Assembly: GCA_913041415.1 (NCBI GenBank)
Contig: CAJWHS010000001.1
Coordinates: forward strand, 3,844 to 67,843
Reading direction: 5' to 3'
Source: an uncultured Acidimicrobiaceae bacterium
Lineage (GTDB): Bacteria; Actinomycetota; Acidimicrobiia; Acidimicrobiales; Aldehydirespiratoraceae
Length of the DNA: 64,000 nucleotides
This document shows, in pieces, positions 53,064 to 63,170 of the stretch. Positions within the stretch are counted from its first letter, which is position 1. The number at the start of each line of letters is the position of its first letter. The notes beneath the pieces are model-generated. The model made no database searches and was not told the origin of the DNA. It worked only from the letters and a program-made list of their open reading frames with translations. The translations under genes were made by a program, and so were the position numbers.

Positions 53064-53953
53064 CGAGCCATCAGCGCCTCAATCAGAACCGCCAGCTCGA
53101 GTGGTTTGTCTCCTTGGATCGAGTGCCCGGCGCCGTCGACCACGACGTGAACCGTGTCGGGTCGGCGACCCATCCACTCGGCGACGTCTTCGTCGTCGAT
53201 CACACTCCACTTCCCGCCCTGCCACAGGGTGATCGGCACCTGGACCAGGTTGACTTTTCCCCACAGGTCGTCGAAGGACGGCGCTGCCTCGCCGCCGACC
53301 TTCCAGTCGCGCATGCGGTCGTACCGCCAGGTCCAACTGCCGTCGGGAAGCGGCTTGGCGTTGTGGAGGATCCCCCGACGCAGGCTCGACTCGCTCCGCC
53401 CTGGGTTGAACTCGATCGTGCGATTGAGCATCGCCTGGAACGACTCGAACGCTTCGGGGCCATCGACGAACGTGATGATCGGCTCGGCCTTGGCGTGGTC
53501 GGTTCCCGGGGTGACATCGACGACACCGAGGCGGCGAACGAGGTGGGGATGATCCGCAGCCAGACAGATCGAGGTCATCCCGCCGAGCGACATGCCTACG
53601 ACCGCCTCGGCGGCCGGTGCCAGTCCCTCGACCGCGACGGCGAGGTCGGCCGCCATCGAGGTCGGTGTGTAGTCGTGGGCTGGTCGATGGTCGCTGTGGC
53701 CGTGTCCGGGCAGGTCGATCGCCGCAAGTGGGCGTCCAAGCGCCATCGCCACCGTGTCCCAGGTATGGGCGTTCTGGGCGCCACCGTGGACCAGCACCAG
53801 TTCGGGGTCGCCCTCGCCCCATACCAGCGCCGAGATGCCGAGGCCGGACGGCAACTCGATGCGCTCCCGTCGCACGGTCGGTGGCGCAGCGAACGGCAGA
53901 TCGTATTCGGCGGCGTTCTCGTGGAACAGCCCGAACTCGTCGTAGTCGTGCAC
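53060..53953 (-). CDS. Alpha/beta hydrolase
   Basis: HGGAQNAHTWD and the nucleophile elbow GMSLGG. It has a 4-nt overlap with the OYE gene. Confidence 0.85.
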   Translation of the reverse strand: MHDYDEFGLFHENAAEYDLPFAAPPTVRRERIELPSGLGISALVWGEGDPELVLVHGGAQNAHTWDTVAMALGRPLAAIDLPGHGHSDHRPAHDYTPTSMAADLAVAVEGLAPAAEAVVGMSLGGMTSICLAADHPHLVRRLGVVDVTPGTDHAKAEPIITFVDGPEAFESFQAMLNRTIEFNPGRSESSLRRGILHNAKPLPDGSWTWRYDRMRDWKVGGEAAPSFDDLWGKVNLVQVPITLWQGGKWSVIDDEDVAEWMGRRPDTVHVVVDGAGHSIQGDKPLELAVLIEALMAR

Positions 53954-54056
53954 GTCGGGACCCTAGAGCAGTCCCTGGCTCACGCTCACGTCGGTGGTCG
54001 AACGTAAGCCACGGGAACCGTCGGCGAGTTCGTGATCCGGCACCACCGGATACTTC

Positions 54057-55208
54057 TCAGTCGTAGGTCGGGGCGGCGAAGAATCCCTCGAGTCCGTAGG
54101 GCGCATACGGGCCGAGAATGTTCTGTTCGAGCACACCAATACCGGTTCGCTCGACCCCGGCACCGTCGGTGTAGATGGCTCGCACGAGGTGCTGACAGTG
54201 CTGGTTCTCATATGCCGTGTCGTCGACATAGTCGAGCGCCCACGACTCGCTCGCCATCGCAAGTTCGTCGTGCCACTTGCCGTGAACCCAGATGGGGTGG
54301 GTGTAGCCGATGCCCTTCATCCGGAACGTGAAGATCGGTTCGAGGCGGACCTCGTGGCGAGCGCCGTCGACCACCGAGGTCATCGCGATCGTGGCGCCGG
54401 TGATCATGCGATTACCGGAAGCGAACGTCACCTCGTGTTCGAGATTGCGCATATGCTCGACCGCCGGGTCCTCGACACCGGGAAGCTCATCGGGTGAGCC
54501 GTACACCGGTAACCGGGCACCGACCTGGAACAGCGGACGGCCGACATTGTCGTCGAACAATTGGTAGTGCAGGCAGAGGTCGTCGAAGTTCAACGGCGCC
54601 CAGAGGAAGAAAATGCCACCCATCTGCGAGGCCGCCGGCGCGCCGCGGGTGTCGCCACCGATGAGCGGCCGGACCCCCCACGAACGATCCTTGGTGCCGA
54701 CAACCTCCGACGGGTCGAGTGCGATCCGGACATCGCCGAACTGGACCCATCCCGTCCACCGGCCGAGCTGGGTGAACCGGGTCGTGTCCATGATCTTGCG
54801 AAGACCTCGACCGAGATGATGACGGGGTTCCTCCACATTGCCGGTGCGCCCCTCCCACAGCAGGTCACAGGTGAAGTCGGTGTCGTTTTCGGCCACGGTG
54901 ATCCGGCACGAACGCATTGGTTCGATGATCTCGAGGGAGTACGGACCGATGGTGAGATCGCTCGGTTCGTCGCTTCGCCGCCCCGACACGTGGAAGGCGT
55001 ACTGCCGTCCCTCATGGATGAACGACACATGGGCATCCTTCAAGCCCAGGTGCTGGTAGAGCGCTGCACCGGCGCCGAGGTAGAAGTCGCCCAAGGTCGA
55101 GTAGCCGTTGAACCAATACCGCTCGTAGACGTCCTTGTCGCTCGTCGCCGGGTGGGCAACGGGGTCGGGGGTTTGGTGGATCGGATAGTCGTCGAACCTC
55201 GAGAGCAT
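54057..55208 (-). CDS. Conserved hypothetical protein
   Basis: ATG at 55208 (MLSRFDDYPIHQTPDP...). The upstream ORF extension overlaps the permease gene and looks non-coding. Confidence 0.55.
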   Translation of the reverse strand: MLSRFDDYPIHQTPDPVAHPATSDKDVYERYWFNGYSTLGDFYLGAGAALYQHLGLKDAHVSFIHEGRQYAFHVSGRRSDEPSDLTIGPYSLEIIEPMRSCRITVAENDTDFTCDLLWEGRTGNVEEPRHHLGRGLRKIMDTTRFTQLGRWTGWVQFGDVRIALDPSEVVGTKDRSWGVRPLIGGDTRGAPAASQMGGIFFLWAPLNFDDLCLHYQLFDDNVGRPLFQVGARLPVYGSPDELPGVEDPAVEHMRNLEHEVTFASGNRMITGATIAMTSVVDGARHEVRLEPIFTFRMKGIGYTHPIWVHGKWHDELAMASESWALDYVDDTAYENQHCQHLVRAIYTDGAGVERTGIGVLEQNILGPYAPYGLEGFFAAPTYD

Positions 55209-55225
55209 GACCCGCAGTGTGACGG

Positions 55226-56107
55226 CTAGGCGGCGCCGCGTCGATTCAGTCGGCCTCGTCCCCGCCGAGATGCACCGGGCACAGGCTCCCATCGGAAGCG
55301 TTTCGTAGCGACGAACGCACCAACGAGTGTCCAGGCGATCAGGACGACGAGGCGGTCCCACTCGAAGGCGGGGGCATCGCTGATCGGCGACATCGCCTCG
55401 GTGAAGGCAACCGCGAACGGCTTCAGCGGGAAGAGGTCGCCGATCAGGTTCAGCCACGATGGTGGATCATCGAGGGGGACAAAGACGTTCGAGAGGAACG
55501 CCAAGGGGAGGATCGTCGCGTTTGCGATTGCGGGGGCCGCTGACGCGGTCTTCGAGACAGCAGCGAGGGCGACGCCAAGGGTTGAGAAGCAGACCGTACC
55601 GGCGAGGAATGCAACGATCATCGCCGGCAGCTGAGCAAGCTGGACGTCGACGCCGTAGACGATGATGCCGATCCCCACCATCAGGGCCGTGGCGAACGCT
55701 GCGATCCACATACCGGACAAGATCGCGCCGGCGAGGAACAGCCACGGCGGGATCGGCGTGCCCCGGACCCGCTTCAGCACACCGTCGTCTCGGCGCATGG
55801 TCAGGTTGATCGCCAGGTTCGTGTACGTAGCCGACGCCGCCGCGAACACCCCGAGGCTCGCCGCATAGAACTGGGAGGTGGCGAACTCGCCGTAGCTCGT
55901 GCCGATCGGATCGTTGCCGAAGATGGCGACGAAGATCACCAACATGACGAGCGGTAGCCCGATCGTGAAGAACGCACCGATCGGGGTTCGCCAGAACAGG
56001 CGATTCTCGGCCCGGACCGAACGCACGATCAACTGCAGATCACGCCGGAACGGGGATCGCCGGTCGGGTGCGAGAGTGGCTCTGGCGTCGCTCATGGACC
56101 CCATCAT
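55226..56107 (-). CDS. ABC-2 type transporter permease
   Basis: Six TM segments and an ABC-2 (DrrB-like) profile. Possible starts lie at 56107, 56104 and 56095. Confidence 0.8.
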   Translation of the reverse strand: MMGSMSDARATLAPDRRSPFRRDLQLIVRSVRAENRLFWRTPIGAFFTIGLPLVMLVIFVAIFGNDPIGTSYGEFATSQFYAASLGVFAAASATYTNLAINLTMRRDDGVLKRVRGTPIPPWLFLAGAILSGMWIAAFATALMVGIGIIVYGVDVQLAQLPAMIVAFLAGTVCFSTLGVALAAVSKTASAAPAIANATILPLAFLSNVFVPLDDPPSWLNLIGDLFPLKPFAVAFTEAMSPISDAPAFEWDRLVVLIAWTLVGAFVATKRFRWEPVPGASRRGRGRLNRRGAA

Positions 56108-57605
56108 GGCGCCCCGGCAGGCTCATGACGACCGGGGCATCTACGCTCTGGACGTGGCCGACCTACCCGACCCCCTCGGACCTCCCGGCGAGCGACACGA
56201 CGTCGTCATCGCCGCCAACCGACTCCCCGTTCGCTTCGACGGCGACGGCGGCTGGGCGCTGAGCCCCGGCGGGCTCGTCACGGCGGTGACCGCCGTGATG
56301 GAGGGCCGCGATGCGGTCTGGGTCGGCTGGGACGGCGGTCTGGGCGATGCTGCCGCCAGCGCACCGCCGGCCCGTTTCGGTGACATGGCCCTACGGTCGG
56401 TGTCGCTCAGCAAGACCGACTATGCCGACTACTACGAAGGGTTCTCCAACGGCACCCTGTGGCCGCTCTATCACAACGGCCTTTTGTCGACCCGCTTTCG
56501 TCGATCCTGGTGGGCTGCCTATCGACGGGTCAACGAGCAGTTCGCCAAGATCGCAATCGAGACCACCGAACAGGACGGCACGCTCTGGATCCACGACTAC
56601 CACCTGCAGTTGATGCCGGCGTTCGTGCGTGAGGCCCGGCCCGACATCCGTATCGGCCTCTTCCTCCACACGCCCTTCCCGCCCTCACAGCTACTGATGC
56701 GTCTGCCGTGGCGCGAAGCGATCACCGACGGCCTGCTCGCCACCGACGTAATCGGCTTCCAAACCCCGACCGACGCCCGCAACTTCCTCTCTCTCGCCCA
56801 TCGCATGGGCCGCACTGAGGAGGTCATGCCGGTCGATCCTGTCACCGAGATCATCGTCGAGGGTCGCCGCGTCGCCGTCGGATCGTTCCCGATCTCGGTC
56901 GACGTCAACCGCATCGACGAGATGGTCCGCGACCCGGCCGCCAGGGAGGCAGCCAACGCGTTCCGAGCATCGCTCGGCTCGCCCAAACACCTGCTGCTAG
57001 GCGTCGACCGCCTCGACTACACCAAGGGCATCGACGCCCGGCTCAAGGCCTTTGAGGAACTGCTCCGCGACGGCACGCTCGACCCTGCCGAGGTTGCGTT
57101 CGTCCAGGTCGCCACGCCCAGCCGTGACGATGTGCGGGGCTACTCCAACACCCGCACCGAGATCGAACAGCTGGTCGGTTCGATCAATGGCAACTACGCC
57201 CAGCTCGGCAAGCCAGTGCTGCACTATCTGCACCAGAGCCTGCCCTTCGAGGATCTCGTATATCTGTTCCTCGCCGCCGACGTCATGCTGGTGACCCCGT
57301 TCGAGGACGGCATGAACCTCGTCGCCAAGGAATACATCGCCTGTCGCCCCGACGGCACCGGCGTGTTGGTGCTGTCGGAATTCGCCGGCACGGCGGTCGA
57401 GCTTCATCAGGCGTTGCTCTGCAACCCGTTCGATACCGCCGGGATGAAGCGAGTGATCGAGACGGCGCTCACGCTACCGGTTGAGGAACAGCGACACCGT
57501 GTGCGGGCGATGCGCACCCACCTGTGGGCGAACACCGTGCACGACTGGGCCGAGGGGTTCTTCCGCCACCTCGACGAGGTCCACCCCCGCGGCCAGCGAG
57601 GCTGA
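56094..57605 (+). CDS. otsA: Alpha,alpha-trehalose-phosphate synthase (GT20)
   Basis: Motifs [16 protein letters not shown] and [16 protein letters not shown]. An alternative ATG lies at 56106. Confidence 0.85.
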   Translation: MDPIMAPRQAHDDRGIYALDVADLPDPLGPPGERHDVVIAANRLPVRFDGDGGWALSPGGLVTAVTAVMEGRDAVWVGWDGGLGDAAASAPPARFGDMALRSVSLSKTDYADYYEGFSNGTLWPLYHNGLLSTRFRRSWWAAYRRVNEQFAKIAIETTEQDGTLWIHDYHLQLMPAFVREARPDIRIGLFLHTPFPPSQLLMRLPWREAITDGLLATDVIGFQTPTDARNFLSLAHRMGRTEEVMPVDPVTEIIVEGRRVAVGSFPISVDVNRIDEMVRDPAAREAANAFRASLGSPKHLLLGVDRLDYTKGIDARLKAFEELLRDGTLDPAEVAFVQVATPSRDDVRGYSNTRTEIEQLVGSINGNYAQLGKPVLHYLHQSLPFEDLVYLFLAADVMLVTPFEDGMNLVAKEYIACRPDGTGVLVLSEFAGTAVELHQALLCNPFDTAGMKRVIETALTLPVEEQRHRVRAMRTHLWANTVHDWAEGFFRHLDEVHPRGQRG

Positions 57606-57617
57606 GCACCCCGACGG

Positions 57618-58529
57618 TCAGGAGTCGGCGCCGACGAGACGCAGGTAGACGCCCTCGAGGGTGACGCTCTCGATCGACAGCCCGTCGAGTTCGATGCCCT
57701 GCTTCAGCGCCCACCCGGTGATGTGGGCGAGGTCGGCGGTCGGTTTCGTGGTGGAGATCTCGAGACGCCGATCACGCCCCGAGGCATCACCGTGGAGCGG
57801 GTCGAGAAGGCCGGCGAGCGAAGCGTCGATGCTGGGGAGTGCGAACCGGATGATGGTTGCCTCGCCGGCCTGGTCGCGTAATGACTCGGGCGTGCCCGCT
57901 GCGACGATTGTGCCCCCTGCCATCACGATGAGGTGATCGGCGAGTTCCTCGGCCTCCTCGAGGTAGTGGGTGGTGAGCACGATGGTGGTGCCGTTGCCAG
58001 CGAGATCGCGCACCAGTTCCCAGCTCCGCCGGCGGGCAGCGGGGTCGAAGCCGGTGGTCGGCTCGTCGAGGAAGAGGACATCGGGTGTGCCGATGACGCC
58101 AAGCGCGAGATCGACTCGTCGTTGCTGTCCTCCAGAGAGACGGGAGATGCGTTCGTCGAGCTTGTCGGCGAGTTCGACCATCTCGATGACCTCGTCGATG
58201 CTCCGGCGACGGGTGTATGCGGTGCTGTAGAGATCGAGGGTCTCGCGAACGGTGAGCTCCTTGTCGACACCCGCCTCCTGCAACACGATGCCGATGCGGT
58301 TGCGGAACGCTTGACCTCCGTCGGTGGGGTCGACCCCGAGGACGGAAACCCGTCCGCTGTCGCGACGGCGATGTCCCTCGAGGATTTCGACCGTGGTGGA
58401 CTTTCCGGCACCGTTGGGACCGAGGATGGCGAACACCTCCCCGGGCTCGACGGAAAAGGACACGCCATCGACGGCCCGAAGGTCGCCGTAGGACTTGGAG
58501 AGATCCTCAACCTCGATCGCCGTGGTCAC
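57618..58529 (-). CDS. ABC transporter ATP-binding protein (DrrA-like)
   Basis: GTG at 58529. Walker A GPNGAGKSTT, signature LSGGQQRR and Walker B LFLDEPTTGFD. Confidence 0.9.
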   Translation of the reverse strand: MTTAIEVEDLSKSYGDLRAVDGVSFSVEPGEVFAILGPNGAGKSTTVEILEGHRRRDSGRVSVLGVDPTDGGQAFRNRIGIVLQEAGVDKELTVRETLDLYSTAYTRRRSIDEVIEMVELADKLDERISRLSGGQQRRVDLALGVIGTPDVLFLDEPTTGFDPAARRRSWELVRDLAGNGTTIVLTTHYLEEAEELADHLIVMAGGTIVAAGTPESLRDQAGEATIIRFALPSIDASLAGLLDPLHGDASGRDRRLEISTTKPTADLAHITGWALKQGIELDGLSIESVTLEGVYLRLVGADS

Positions 58530-58622
58530 GGTCCCGACGCTACCCGAGCAGCCGAAGACCGGTGCTGCGTGGAGCGCATCGATGCGTCCACATGCGCGGC
58601 ATGTCCGACTACGGTCCCGGCG

Positions 58623-59213
58623 ATGCGTCACCCCGTCGCCTCGTTCCTGGCCGAATGCAGCCACCTCCTCGGAGCTGTCGATGAGGCGATGGCCCAGCGC
58701 TTTGCCTCGCTGCTTGCCGTCGCGGCGGATACCGAAGGTGATCCCTCGGAACTCGCGTCGCCGTTCCCGCTGGGACCACATCCCGACATGGGCGCCATCA
58801 CCACAGCACGGACCGCTGCTGCGCTCGCCGGTCTGGTCGCCGCCGATCCTCATATCGGGTGGCGCCATCCGCCCGAGGAGCACGTGCCGCCGGGATGGGC
58901 ACATTCGGCGGCTGCCGCCGAGCTGTTGGGGCCCGATGGCTCGATCACGGGGCCGGACCCGGAGCGATTTGGGCTCTTCTTCCTCAATCCCGGGGTCACC
59001 TATCCCGACCACTGGCACGACGCCGACGAGTTCTATTACGTGCTCGCCGGTTCCGCGGTGTGGACCGTCGGCGATGAGACCACCCGTTCCCCGGCGGGCT
59101 CGTACATCCGAACCCCGTCGCAGGCGGTTCACCGCATCATCACCGACGACGAGCCCGTGCCCACGGTGTGGGGCTGGTCGGGCGACACCAGCTTCGATTC
59201 CTACGGCTACTGA
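58623..59213 (+). CDS. Cupin-domain protein (DMSP-lyase-like family)
   Basis: Cupin motif YPDHWHDADEFYYVLAG...H. An alternative GTG start lies at 58569. The N-terminal 230 codons of the track ORF are antisense to the ABC ATPase gene. Confidence 0.5.
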   Translation: MRHPVASFLAECSHLLGAVDEAMAQRFASLLAVAADTEGDPSELASPFPLGPHPDMGAITTARTAAALAGLVAADPHIGWRHPPEEHVPPGWAHSAAAAELLGPDGSITGPDPERFGLFFLNPGVTYPDHWHDADEFYYVLAGSAVWTVGDETTRSPAGSYIRTPSQAVHRIITDDEPVPTVWGWSGDTSFDSYGY

Positions 59214-60103
59214 TCGACCTCGTCGGGAAGCAACGACCAGAACGCATCCACGAGCGGGTTGTGCAGGTGACGCTTCAGGGTGAACAACCCGAGTTCGTAG
59301 GGCTCCAGCACAGGGTCGACCTCGAGCACGCGAACACGTTCGGCATGAGGGCTGTTGTCGAGCACGATCTTCGGCACCACACCGAGGCCGAGCCCGAGAC
59401 TGACCATGCTGACGATCGCCTCGTTACCGGCCACCTGGGCGTAGATCTTCGGCGTGACGTCGAGCCGGCGAAACCAGGCATCGATTCGGCGACGGGCGAT
59501 ACCGCCGGCCGCAAGAATCATCGGGACCTCCGCCCAGGCCTCGCGATCATCCGGCGGCAGGCGCGACGGCATCGGGTCGGCGGTCTCGACCGGCTCGATG
59601 AAGACGAGCGGTGAAACCCGGATCGGCTTGAACCGCACACCAGCGGGCAAGTTGGCGGGCCGGGCCGCGATCGCAAGATCTTCCTCCAACGCCTGCACCC
59701 GCGCGATCGCATATTCGGGATCGCCGGTCTGGAGCCGGATCTCGACTCCCGGATGGGCGGGACGGAAGCGGTTCAACAGATCGAACAAGATGCTGTGGCT
59801 GGCCGTGACCGAGCAGTAGAGGCTGATCTCGCCCCGCAGTTGGTCAGCAGAGTCGGTGAGCTCGAAGCGGATCTGGTCCCACTGCTGCACGGCATCACGG
59901 GCGTAACGCTGAAACCGGTAGCCGGCCGGCGTCAGCTCAACGGTTCGGTTGTCACGATTGAACAACGCCACGTTGAGTTCGGCTTCAAGCTGTCGGATGT
60001 GGCGTGATAACGCCGACGTGCTGATGTTCGCCCGGGCGCTCGCCCGCCCGAAGTGCAGCGTCTCGCTCAGCTCGACGAAGTGGCGCAACACCGTGATGTT
60101 CAC
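59207..60103 (-). CDS. ilvY: LysR-family activator IlvY
   Basis: Colinear by eye with my recollection of E. coli IlvY (HFGRA..., [40 protein letters not shown]). It is divergent from ilvC. GTG start at 60103. Confidence 0.85.
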   Translation of the reverse strand: MNITVLRHFVELSETLHFGRASARANISTSALSRHIRQLEAELNVALFNRDNRTVELTPAGYRFQRYARDAVQQWDQIRFELTDSADQLRGEISLYCSVTASHSILFDLLNRFRPAHPGVEIRLQTGDPEYAIARVQALEEDLAIAARPANLPAGVRFKPIRVSPLVFIEPVETADPMPSRLPPDDREAWAEVPMILAAGGIARRRIDAWFRRLDVTPKIYAQVAGNEAIVSMVSLGLGLGVVPKIVLDNSPHAERVRVLEVDPVLEPYELGLFTLKRHLHNPLVDAFWSLLPDEVDQ

Positions 60104-60210
60104 ACATCCATCGTTGCAGGTATCGGGACACAGCGTTGCACATATGTCCATTTACGAAACATGCACCGATCGGTAGCATTCGTGCGTTCGATCTCTCGTG
60201 GAGACCTGCC
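60104..60210. promoter_or_regulatory. ilvY-ilvC divergent control region
   Basis: 107-bp segment, visibly less GC-rich than its surroundings. It contains the 10-bp perfect palindrome ACCGATCGGT (60165-60174) inside ATGC-N10-AGCAT, and the repeated CGTTGCA at 60108 and 60130. Confidence 0.5.
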
Positions 60211-61683
60211 ATGGCCAACTACTTCAACACCCTTCCGCTTCGAGCACAACTCGCCGAACTCGGCAAGTGCCGCTTCATGCACCTCGACGAGTTCTCCGAC
60301 GGCGTGGAGGCACTCCGCGGCAAGAAGATGGTCGTGATCGGTTGTGGCGCCCAGGGCCTCAACCAGGGTCTCAACCTCCGCGACAGCGGCCTCGACGTGT
60401 CGTACGCCCTTCGCGACGAGGCCATCGCCCAACAACGCCAGTCGTGGAAGAACGCCACCGAGAACGGCTTCACCGTCGGCACCTACGAGGAACTGCTGAC
60501 CACCGCCGACGTGGTGCTCAACCTCACCCCGGACAAGCAGCACACCAACGTCGTCGAGACGATCATGCCGATGATGAAGCACGGTGCCTGCCTCTCGTAC
60601 TCGCACGGCTTCAACATCGTCGAGGAAGGCATGCAGATCCGTGACGACATCACCGTCATCATGGTTGCGCCCAAGTGCCCCGGCTCCGAAGTCCGGGCCG
60701 AATACGTCCGTGGCTTCGGCGTGCCGACCCTGATCGCCGTTCACGAGGACAACGACCCCAACGGAGAAGGCCTCGCCCTCGCCAAGGCCTACGCCGTCGG
60801 CACCGGCGGTCACAAGGCCGGCGTGTTGATGTCGTCGTTCATCGCCGAGGTCAAGTCCGACCTCATGGGCGAGCAGACCATCCTCTGCGGGATGCTGCAG
60901 ACCGGCTCGTTGCTGTGCTTCGACAAGATGGTCGACGAGGGCATCGACCCGGCCTACGCCTCGAAGCTCATCCAGTACGGCTGGGAGACCACCACCGAGG
61001 CACTCAAGTACGGCGGGGTCACCAACATGATGGACCGCCTGTCGAACCCGGCGAAGATCCGCGCCTTCGAGCTCTCCGAGGAGCTCAAGGACATCCTGCG
61101 GGACCTCTACAACAAGCACCAGGACGACATCATGACCGGCGCCTTCTCGTCCGGCATGATGGCCGACTGGGTCGACGACGACGCCAAGCTGCTCGGCTGG
61201 CGCGCCGATACCGCCGAGACCGCCTTCGAGAAGACGGCGGCCGGCGACATGGAGATCGCCGAACAGGAATACTTCGACAACGGCATCCTCGTGGTCGCCA
61301 TGGTGAAGGCCGGTGTCGAACTCGCCTTCGAGACGATGACCGCCGCCGGCATCATCGCCGAGTCGGCCTACTACGAGTCGCTGCACGAGACCCCGCTGAT
61401 CGCCAACACGATCGCTCGCAAGAAGCTCTACGAGATGAACGCCACGATCTCCGACACGGCCGAGTACGGGTGCTACCTGTACACCCACGCATGCGTTCCG
61501 TTGCTCGCCGACTTCATGACCAGCATCACGAGCGACGTGATCGGCAAGGGCCTCGACGTGACCGACAACGGCGTCGACAACGCCCGCTTGATCGAGGTCA
61601 ACGAAGCCATCCGAAGCCACCCGGTCGAGGCGATCGGCTCCGTGCTCCGGGGCCACATGGCCAACATGAAGCGCATCGTCTGA
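60211..61683 (+). CDS. ilvC: Ketol-acid reductoisomerase, class II (long, enterobacterial type)
   Basis: 490 aa, colinear from MANYFNTL... to ...MKRI with my recollection of E. coli IlvC. Motifs include [21 protein letters not shown] and [15 protein letters not shown]. Confidence 0.95.
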   Translation: MANYFNTLPLRAQLAELGKCRFMHLDEFSDGVEALRGKKMVVIGCGAQGLNQGLNLRDSGLDVSYALRDEAIAQQRQSWKNATENGFTVGTYEELLTTADVVLNLTPDKQHTNVVETIMPMMKHGACLSYSHGFNIVEEGMQIRDDITVIMVAPKCPGSEVRAEYVRGFGVPTLIAVHEDNDPNGEGLALAKAYAVGTGGHKAGVLMSSFIAEVKSDLMGEQTILCGMLQTGSLLCFDKMVDEGIDPAYASKLIQYGWETTTEALKYGGVTNMMDRLSNPAKIRAFELSEELKDILRDLYNKHQDDIMTGAFSSGMMADWVDDDAKLLGWRADTAETAFEKTAAGDMEIAEQEYFDNGILVVAMVKAGVELAFETMTAAGIIAESAYYESLHETPLIANTIARKKLYEMNATISDTAEYGCYLYTHACVPLLADFMTSITSDVIGKGLDVTDNGVDNARLIEVNEAIRSHPVEAIGSVLRGHMANMKRIV

Positions 61684-61693
61684 TCGTTCTCGC

Positions 61694-63118
61694 ATGATCC
61701 GTCTGGACGCGCTGTCGGTCGACTTCGACGAGCGCTTTCAGCTCCTCGACATCGACTGGACAATCCGTCCGGGCGAGCACTGGCTGATTACGGGCGCCAA
61801 CGGCTCCGGCAAGTCGGCGCTCGCCGCGGTGCTGGCCGGCGACGGAGACGTCCTGTCGGGGAGCATCGAGGGAGTTCCCGAGCGGGTCGCGCTCGTGTCC
61901 TATGAGCGGCAGGCCGAGCTGATCGCCGCCGAACGCCGAAAAGACGACGCCGACATCCTCGACGTGATCTCCGAAGGCACACCGGTCGCCGAGATCATCG
62001 AGGGCGGCTGCGAGGACCTCGATCTGGCTCGGAGCCTGATCGATACGCTGGGCCTACGGCCCCTGATGAGCCGGGCGTTCCGCAAGCTCTCGACCGGCGA
62101 GACCCGCAAGGTCATGTTGATCCGAGCGCTCACGAGCCGGCCTGATCTGCTCGTCCTCGACGAGCCGTTCGACGGCCTCGACCACGACTCACTCGTCTGG
62201 CTCCAGGGCCATCTGCGCAAGCTGGCCGAGACGACACCGATGGTGATCGTGCTCAACCGCTTCGACGAGTGCCCCGACTTCGTCACCCATGTCGCCTTCG
62301 TCGACGACGGCCGACTTCCGCTCTGTGTCGAGCGAGCCGACGAGCAGGCCTACGCCGAGCTTTACCAATTCCTCCATCTCAAGACGAGCGATCTCGAGAT
62401 CCCAGCGGCCGACCCCGCGGCGCAACTGCCGGCGCTCGATCCCGACGCGCCGCTCGTGCAACTCACCGGCGCCACCGTCCGCTACACCGACAACACGGTG
62501 TTCGAGGGCCTCGACTGGACGATCGAGCCGAACCAGAGCTGGCAACTGAGCGGCCCCAACGGCAGCGGCAAGACCTGCCTGCTGCAGCTGATCACCGGCG
62601 ATCACCCGCAGTGCTATGTCAACGGCATCAACGTCTTCGGCTACCAGCGTGGCACCGGCGAGAGCATCTGGGAGATCAAGCAGTTCATTGGGTACGTCTC
62701 CACCGCCCTCCAGTGGGAGTACACGGTGAGCACCGGCCTCCGGAACGTCATCATCTCCGGCTTCCACGACAGCATCGGGCTCTACACGAAAAGCACCGAC
62801 ACCGAGAAGGCCATCGCCGACGAGTGGCTCGCCCTGCTCGGCATGTCCGACCGAGCCGACGAGCCGTTCAACCGGCTCTCGTTCGGCGACCAACGCCTCG
62901 TGTTGATCGCTCGCGCCATGGTGAAGCACCCACCACTCCTGATCCTCGACGAGCCGTGCCTCGGCCTCGATGACATGAATCGGCAGCTGGTGCTCGCCCT
63001 CGTCGAGCGGATCTGTCTCGGCAGCGAGACGAGCGTGCTCTATGTCAACCATCGCGAGCAGGATCGCGTCACCGGGATCGACAACCACCTGACCTTGCGT
63101 GACAACATCGTCGCGTGA
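61694..63118 (+). CDS. Twin-ATPase ABC protein, ModF-like
   Basis: Two Walker A sites (GANGSGKSAL and GPNGSGKTCL), LSTGETRK, ITGDHPQ and LSFGDQRL. There is no permease partner. Confidence 0.8.
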   Translation: MIRLDALSVDFDERFQLLDIDWTIRPGEHWLITGANGSGKSALAAVLAGDGDVLSGSIEGVPERVALVSYERQAELIAAERRKDDADILDVISEGTPVAEIIEGGCEDLDLARSLIDTLGLRPLMSRAFRKLSTGETRKVMLIRALTSRPDLLVLDEPFDGLDHDSLVWLQGHLRKLAETTPMVIVLNRFDECPDFVTHVAFVDDGRLPLCVERADEQAYAELYQFLHLKTSDLEIPAADPAAQLPALDPDAPLVQLTGATVRYTDNTVFEGLDWTIEPNQSWQLSGPNGSGKTCLLQLITGDHPQCYVNGINVFGYQRGTGESIWEIKQFIGYVSTALQWEYTVSTGLRNVIISGFHDSIGLYTKSTDTEKAIADEWLALLGMSDRADEPFNRLSFGDQRLVLIARAMVKHPPLLILDEPCLGLDDMNRQLVLALVERICLGSETSVLYVNHREQDRVTGIDNHLTLRDNIVA

Positions 63119-63170
63119 CCGCGTTGGTGGGTCGAGCTGCCCGGCGGTACCGGGCGCCACGGAGGCTGGA

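Noticed and set aside
55209-55225. GTCACAC (gene strand) just upstream of the 54057-55208 gene.
   Set aside because: The spacer lacks CCCCT, and the would-be -10 overlaps the ATG itself. It lies in a 17-nt gap after the permease stop and is probably a coincidence.
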